Of a stretch of DNA of 64,000 bases, positions 58,514 through 64,000 are shown one piece after another. Origin of the DNA: an uncultured bacterium (lineage in GTDB: Bacteria; Fidelibacterota; UBA2242). The stretch lies in assembly GCA_964605705.1 (NCBI GenBank), contig CAZSDW010000014.1, positions 7,130-71,129 on the forward strand, written 5' to 3'. Each line of letters begins with the position of its first letter. Position 1 is the stretch's first letter. A model generated the notes under the pieces. That model saw only the letters and a list, made by a program, of their open reading frames with translations, had not been told where the DNA came from and ran no database searches. The translations under genes were made by a program, and so were the position numbers.

Positions 58514-59746
58514 ATGAAGAAAATTTTGATTCTCGGTGCCGGTACGGCTGGAACAATGATGGCGAATCGTCTGGTTTGTAAACTGGATTTAAAAGAGTGG
58601 ACCATTACCGTGGTTGATCAACACGAGAAACATTATTACCAACCCGGATTTCTGTTCATTCCTTTTGAAATGTACTCCGAACAGGATGTCACCCGTACCA
58701 AGCAGGAGTTCATTCCCAGGAAAGTGGAATATATCCAGACGGTTGTGGAGCTGATTGAACCCCAGCACAATCGGGTCAAACTTCAGAATGGCACAATTCT
58801 CGAATATACTATTCTGATTATTGCTACCGGAACCAGAATTGTTCCGGATGAGGTAAGCGGTTTAATGGACAGTGGTTGGGGTGAGAATGCTTTCGATTTT
58901 TATACCATCGAAGGATCGGTGGCGCTGGCGAATCGACTGAAAGATTGGAAAGGCGGAAAGCTGGTTGTCAGTATTGCGGAAATGCCGATCAAATGCCCGG
59001 TAGCGCCGCTGGAATTCACCTTTTTAGCCGACTGGTATTTCACGAAAAAAGGTATTCGTGATGATGTGGAAATCCAATATGTAACGCCGTTATCAGGCGC
59101 GTTCACCAAACCCCGGGCATCTTCAGTATTAAATCATTTACTGGAAAACAAAGGCGTAAATCTGGTTCCTGATTTCAACATTATGAATGTCGATGGCACT
59201 GCCAAAAAAATAGTCTCTTACGATGAAAAATCGGTGGATTATGATATCCTGGTTTCCATTCCGACGAATATGGGTGACGACCTGATTGAACGGTCAGAAA
59301 TGGGTGATGAATTGAATTTTGTACCGACCCATAAACATACGCTGCAATCCAAGGCCCACGAGAATATATTTGTACTGGGTGATGCGACAGACCTGCCGAG
59401 TTCAAAGGCTGGCTCGGTGGCGCACTTCCAGGCGGAGATTCTGACGCAAAACATCCTCTATTTTATTCAGAATAAACCGTTGAAAGAAAATTTTGACGGG
59501 CATGCAAACTGTTTTATTGAATCCGGTTTTGGCAAAGGATTTTTGATTGATTTCAATTACGATATTGAGCCGGTGGAGGGAAAATTTCCATTACCGATCA
59601 TCGGACCTATGGCATTGCTAAAGGAATCACGCATGAATCATCTCGGCAAACTGGCATTCAAATGGATTTACTGGAATGTCCTGTTGCGCGGGCTGCCGAT
59701 CCCACTGATATCGGCGAAAATGAGTAAACTTGGTAAAAAATTATAA
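58514..59746 (+). CDS. Sulfide:quinone oxidoreductase-like flavoprotein (type III-like)
   Basis: ILGAGTAG, YQPG, IATG, IKCPVAPLE, GDA..LPSSKAGSVAH, HANCFIESG. Confidence 0.8.
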   Translation: MKKILILGAGTAGTMMANRLVCKLDLKEWTITVVDQHEKHYYQPGFLFIPFEMYSEQDVTRTKQEFIPRKVEYIQTVVELIEPQHNRVKLQNGTILEYTILIIATGTRIVPDEVSGLMDSGWGENAFDFYTIEGSVALANRLKDWKGGKLVVSIAEMPIKCPVAPLEFTFLADWYFTKKGIRDDVEIQYVTPLSGAFTKPRASSVLNHLLENKGVNLVPDFNIMNVDGTAKKIVSYDEKSVDYDILVSIPTNMGDDLIERSEMGDELNFVPTHKHTLQSKAHENIFVLGDATDLPSSKAGSVAHFQAEILTQNILYFIQNKPLKENFDGHANCFIESGFGKGFLIDFNYDIEPVEGKFPLPIIGPMALLKESRMNHLGKLAFKWIYWNVLLRGLPIPLISAKMSKLGKKL

Positions 59747-59763
59747 GATAAAAGGAGTAGATC

Positions 59764-60078
59764 ATGGCAACAAAAACACTCGCAAATGTGACCGTTGAAG
59801 TAACCGAAGAAGGTTATTTGACCAACCAGGCAGAATGGACCAAAGCAGTTGGCGAGGCAATTGCCAAAGAAGAGGGTATCGAACTGACTGAAAATCATTG
59901 GAAAGTGGTTGAATTTTTACAGAAGGAAGTCAAAGAAAATGGCAGTCTTCCAACGATCCGCCGCCTGACCAAGTCCGGTGTGGTTGATACCAAAGCGCTC
60001 TACCAGCTTTTTCCGAACGGACCATTGAAAAAAGCAGCGAAAATTGCCGGGCTTGAAAAACCCGCCAGTTGTGTATAA
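59764..60078 (+). CDS. TusE/DsrC-family sulfur relay protein (single C-terminal Cys)
   Basis: EEGYL...W...IAKEEGIELTENHWKVV, LYQLFPNGP, KIAGLEKPASCV. Confidence 0.88.
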   Translation: MATKTLANVTVEVTEEGYLTNQAEWTKAVGEAIAKEEGIELTENHWKVVEFLQKEVKENGSLPTIRRLTKSGVVDTKALYQLFPNGPLKKAAKIAGLEKPASCV

Positions 60079-60089
60079 AGGAGTAAGTC

Positions 60090-60584
60090 ATGGCTGAAGA
60101 TAGAATTAAGAAAGTATCGATTGTAGTATCCCGCGGTTCCTTGGAAGGTGTTTATCCTGGACTGATTATGGCTAATGGCGCCCGAATGGAAGGTATGGAA
60201 GCAAACCTGTTTTTCACCTTTTTCGGTTTGTATGCTGTACTGGACAAATACATGGACAAAATCAAAATCGCGACGGTCGGTAATCCGGCAATGCGGGTTC
60301 CCGATGCCAAAGGCTTTCCGTTGCCGACCCTTTTGGGTGCGCTGCCGGGTATGTCTGCCTTTGCTACCTGGATGATGAATAAAACCATGGACAAGCTGGA
60401 TATTCCACCGATTCGGGAATTTGTGGAAATGATATCCGCCGCCGGAGCGAAATTATACGCCTGCAAAGCAACGGTTGACATGTTCAATCTGACGATGGAC
60501 GATTTTTGTCCGGAGGTTGATAAGGTCCTCACAGTTGGCGAATTTTACGAGTTGTCAGCTGGTTCTCAAATTATATTTACCTGA
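60090..60584 (+). CDS. DsrE/DsrF/DrsH-like (DsrE2) sulfur carrier
   Basis: LFFTFFGL, GAKLYACKATVDMF, C-terminal IIFT. Confidence 0.85.
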   Translation: MAEDRIKKVSIVVSRGSLEGVYPGLIMANGARMEGMEANLFFTFFGLYAVLDKYMDKIKIATVGNPAMRVPDAKGFPLPTLLGALPGMSAFATWMMNKTMDKLDIPPIREFVEMISAAGAKLYACKATVDMFNLTMDDFCPEVDKVLTVGEFYELSAGSQIIFT

Positions 60585-60754
60585 TATTTATCGAGCCACG
60601 AACGTAATCCACATTTTCCTTTTGTGAAAATGTTACCCGACGGTGGGGGCAGTACAAATCGCCGGTTGTTCGTGGCTTGAATTTTTATGTAAAGAGCTGT
60701 GGTTTATAGAACCCTAAATCTTTATATTTGTGGGCAACAAGCGGAGTATTAACA

Positions 60755-62098
60755 TTGATTACGGTAAAAAAAGGATTAAACCTTCCGATTAATGGGCAAC
60801 CGGAACAGGTAATAGATGATCCCAAACCGGTCAGCAAAGTCGCTCTCATCGGTCCTGATTATCCCGGCATGAAACCGGATTTTGCAGTGGCGATGGGTGA
60901 AATGGTAAAAATTGGGCAACTGTTATTTACCGATAAAAAAATGCCAGCGATTCGCTTTACCTCACCCGGTTCCGGTAGAGTGATCGGGATCAATCGTGGT
61001 GAAAAACGAGTGTTTCTGTCGATCGTTATCGAATTGTCCGGTGATGCTGAAATAACATATCAATCATATCAAACCGACAAACTGGTAATGCTGGATCGGG
61101 AAACAATCATCGCCCAATTGTTGGAGTCGGGTTTGTGGACTGCATTGCGCAGCCGTCCGTTTGAAAGAATTGCCAATCCGGAAGACAAACCACATTCTAT
61201 CTTCATAAATGCGATGGATACAAACCCTCTCGCTGCCGATCCTGCGACAATTATCCGCCAGCACAGTGTTGAATTTATCAGTGGTATGCAAATTCTATTG
61301 AAATTGACGGATGGATCGTTGTATTTATGTAAAGCGAAAGATGCGGATATTCCAGTCCCTAATGTGAAAAATCTCAAGGTGGAAGTATTTCAGGGACCGC
61401 ATCCGGCGGGCAATGTGGGGACGCATATTCATTTTCTGGATCCGGTTCATCGTGGTAAGATAGTCTGGCATCTGGGTGCTCAGGAAGTAATAGCTGTCGG
61501 ACATTTGTTCAGTACCGGACGTCTGCTGACGGAGCGGGTTATTTCCTTAGCCGGACCGGGCGTTAAAAAACCGCGTCTGGTAAAAACCCGCCTGGGCGCT
61601 TCAATTATGGATATTACCAAAAATGAACTAACTGGTAATATCAACCGGCTGATTTCCGGGTCAGTTTTATCAGGAACACAGGCGCAGGGTGAATTGGCTT
61701 TTCTCGGGCGCTATCACCAGCAGGTAACCGTCATTCCCGAGGGCGGCAAGCGGAAATTCTTCGGCTGGCTCAGTCCGGGAAGCGATCTTTATTCGGTGAA
61801 AAATATCGTCATTTCCAGACTGTTTCGTGCCCGTAAATTTGATTTTAATACCGATCTGAATGGCGGCGTCCGGGCGATTGTCCCGATTGGCAGTTATGAA
61901 AAAGTCATGCCGCTGGATATTCTGCCAACATTTTTACTCAGAGCGCTGGCGGTGGATGATATCGACGAATCCGAAAAACTGGGCTGCCTGGAACTGGCGG
62001 AAGAGGACTTGGCGCTTTGCACTTATGTCTGTCCCTCGAAAATCGAACATGATCAGAATTTACGACGGGTTCTGACATTGATAGAAAAGGAAGGATAG
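60755..62098 (+). CDS. nqrA: Na(+)-translocating NADH:quinone reductase subunit A
   Basis: (M)[58 protein letters not shown]; TTG at 60755 after GGAG. Confidence 0.95.
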   Translation: MITVKKGLNLPINGQPEQVIDDPKPVSKVALIGPDYPGMKPDFAVAMGEMVKIGQLLFTDKKMPAIRFTSPGSGRVIGINRGEKRVFLSIVIELSGDAEITYQSYQTDKLVMLDRETIIAQLLESGLWTALRSRPFERIANPEDKPHSIFINAMDTNPLAADPATIIRQHSVEFISGMQILLKLTDGSLYLCKAKDADIPVPNVKNLKVEVFQGPHPAGNVGTHIHFLDPVHRGKIVWHLGAQEVIAVGHLFSTGRLLTERVISLAGPGVKKPRLVKTRLGASIMDITKNELTGNINRLISGSVLSGTQAQGELAFLGRYHQQVTVIPEGGKRKFFGWLSPGSDLYSVKNIVISRLFRARKFDFNTDLNGGVRAIVPIGSYEKVMPLDILPTFLLRALAVDDIDESEKLGCLELAEEDLALCTYVCPSKIEHDQNLRRVLTLIEKEG

Positions 62099-63303
62099 TG
62101 AAAATACTTCGGAAATTCCTTGATAAACAGGCAAAACACTTTCGCGATGGCGGGAAGCTGGCGAGCCTCTATTACCTGTTCGAAGCGGTGGATGTGCTGT
62201 TCTATACCTCCGGCAAAGTCACCCGCCGGGGTGCTCACATCCGGGATGCCATGGACTTAAAGCGCATGATGGTTACCGTTATGTTTGCTATGGTTCCGGC
62301 AATTGCGGTTGCGTTATACAATACTGGTCTGCAGGCAAACCTGGCGCTCGCCGGATTATCAACGATCTCGATTGGCAGTTGGCAGCAGATGGTGATACAG
62401 TGGCTCGGTATTGGTTTCAATCCGCAAAATATCTGGGCGAATGTTATCCATGGCGCGCTTTATTTTTTTCCGGTTTATATCGTCACACTGGCGGTCGGCG
62501 GATTCTGGGAAGTGCTGTTTGCATGTGTACGCAAGCATGAAATCAACGAAGGTTTTTTTGTTACAAGTCTGTTGTTTCCGATGATCGTACCGCCGACGAT
62601 TCCCTACTGGCAGATTGCCCTGGGAATCAGTTTTGGCGTCGTGCTCGGGAAAGAAGTTTTTGGCGGAGTCGGGATGAATATTCTGAATCCGGCGCTGGTT
62701 GGCAGGGCGTTTCTGTTTTTTGCTTATCCGGCGCAGATTTCCGGCGATAAAGTCTGGGTCGCGGTGGATGGTGTCAGCCGGGCAACGCCGCTGGCGCAAC
62801 TTGCAGATCCATTGCTGCAGTTCAGTACCAGCTGGTGGGATGCCTTTATCGGATTTATTCCTGGCTCTATGGGTGAAACATCGGTGATTGCCTGCCTGAT
62901 CGGTGCGGCTGTGCTGATTTTTACCGGTGTTGGTTCATGGCGGATTATGCTCAGTATTCTGGTTGGTATGGTAGCAACGTCATTGCTTTTCAATGTGATT
63001 GGCAGCGACACTAATCCCATGTTTCAGGTGACGCCGCAATGGCACCTGGTGCTCGGGGGATTTGCCTTCGGGACGGTGTTCATGGCAACAGATCCTGTAT
63101 CAGCGGCGATGACCCAAGAAGGTAAATATGTGTACGGATTACTGATCGGATTTTTGGTAGTGTTAATCCGGGTGATCAATCCGGCATTTCCGGAAGGAAT
63201 GATGCTGGCGATCCTGTTCGGCAATGTTTTTGCGCCGATTATAGACCGGATTTTTATCAATGCAAATATCAAAAGGAGGCAAGCCCGCTATGTCAACGGA
63301 TAG
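62098..63303 (+). CDS. nqrB: Na(+)-translocating NADH:quinone reductase subunit B
   Basis: [38 protein letters not shown] site [22 protein letters not shown]. Confidence 0.95.
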   Translation: MKILRKFLDKQAKHFRDGGKLASLYYLFEAVDVLFYTSGKVTRRGAHIRDAMDLKRMMVTVMFAMVPAIAVALYNTGLQANLALAGLSTISIGSWQQMVIQWLGIGFNPQNIWANVIHGALYFFPVYIVTLAVGGFWEVLFACVRKHEINEGFFVTSLLFPMIVPPTIPYWQIALGISFGVVLGKEVFGGVGMNILNPALVGRAFLFFAYPAQISGDKVWVAVDGVSRATPLAQLADPLLQFSTSWWDAFIGFIPGSMGETSVIACLIGAAVLIFTGVGSWRIMLSILVGMVATSLLFNVIGSDTNPMFQVTPQWHLVLGGFAFGTVFMATDPVSAAMTQEGKYVYGLLIGFLVVLIRVINPAFPEGMMLAILFGNVFAPIIDRIFINANIKRRQARYVNG

Positions 63304-64000
63304 CACACGCAAAACAGTTCTGGTGGCATTGGGCGTCTGCCTGGTCTGTTCCGTATTGGTATCGACGGCGGCAGTAGGCTTGAAATCGATTCAGGATAGT
63401 AACAAAGAGCTGGATAAGCTGAAAAATATCCTCAGTGCCGGCAATATTTACAAAGACGGCGCCGATGTACGACAGTTGTTTGATGAAAACATTAAAGCAG
63501 GGATTATGGATTTGGAAAATGGCAGACCGCTGTCCGCTGATCAATACACGGAGACTCTGAATCCCGATATTTTTGACATTAAATCAATGGCAAAAGATCC
63601 CAAGTTCAGTCATCTCCTCGATGCTGGAAAAGACATTGCCCAGATCAAGCGGATTTCAAAATACATGGTCTATTACCAGGTAATGGAAATCGACCGGATC
63701 ACGAAAATTATTCTCCCGGTTTACGGAAAAGGGCTCTGGTCCACGATGTATGGTTTTGTGGCACTGGACCGGGATTTGACGACGGTCAAAGGATTTACAT
63801 TTTATGAACACGGCGAAACACCGGGATTGGGCGGCGAGGTGGATAATCCTGCCTGGAAAGCCAGCTGGATTGGCAAAAATATTTATGATTCAGCCGGGCA
63901 ATTGAAAATTGAAGTCATTAAGGAAAAGGTTGATCCCAGTGATCCGGCGGCAATATTTCAGGTAGATGGTTTGTCGGGAGCCACAATCACCACCCGCGGT
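63290..64000 (+). CDS. nqrC: Na(+)-translocating NADH:quinone reductase subunit C (3'-truncated; absent from the ORF track)
   Basis: ATG at 63290 after AGGAGG; [55 protein letters not shown] motif [10 protein letters not shown] at the window end. Confidence 0.93.
   Translation, partial: MSTDSTRKTVLVALGVCLVCSVLVSTAAVGLKSIQDSNKELDKLKNILSAGNIYKDGADVRQLFDENIKAGIMDLENGRPLSADQYTETLNPDIFDIKSMAKDPKFSHLLDAGKDIAQIKRISKYMVYYQVMEIDRITKIILPVYGKGLWSTMYGFVALDRDLTTVKGFTFYEHGETPGLGGEVDNPAWKASWIGKNIYDSAGQLKIEVIKEKVDPSDPAAIFQVDGLSGATITTRG

Noticed and set aside
59764-60078. DsrC as evidence of dissimilatory sulfate reduction or sulfur oxidation
   Set aside because: It lacks the second conserved Cys and there are no dsrAB/MKJOP genes in the window; TusE-like.

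Overview
Bacterial chromosomal window, most likely from an FCB-group lineage outside the well-studied Bacteroidota (Marinimicrobia/KSB1/Calditrichota-like). This is inferred from five secreted proteins ending in a 'YPNPFN' sorting domain, a xerC-hpf-hprK cluster and an nqr operon. In order it holds: a 5'-truncated large secreted protein, degP, mtnP, a type-2 ileS with the swapped GVHH signature, dksA-like, rluD-xerC-hpf-hprK-nucleotidyltransferase (CTG start)-metK, two tandem paralogous lipoprotein + outer-membrane beta-barrel pairs, lptG, a complete trp operon (fused trpF-trpB; leader peptide with three Trp codons and attenuator), an S46 peptidase, a SusD-less pectin utilisation locus with a membrane-anchored winged-helix regulator, an accessory region punctuated by a 33-bp palindromic REP-like element (including a membrane-LytTR/polyferredoxin/TPR module with four phased operator-like repeats), an internally duplicated secreted protein, an M3 peptidase, an ArsR-Sqr-TusE-DsrE sulfur module and nqrABC (nqrC cut by the window end). 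No rRNA, tRNA, CRISPR array, IS or prophage was seen. The best candidates for undescribed biology are the duplicated lipoprotein/barrel system, whose lipoproteins are very rich in D-S/T glycosylation-like sequons, and the SusD-less pectin locus. All calls come from reading motifs by eye; no database searches were run.
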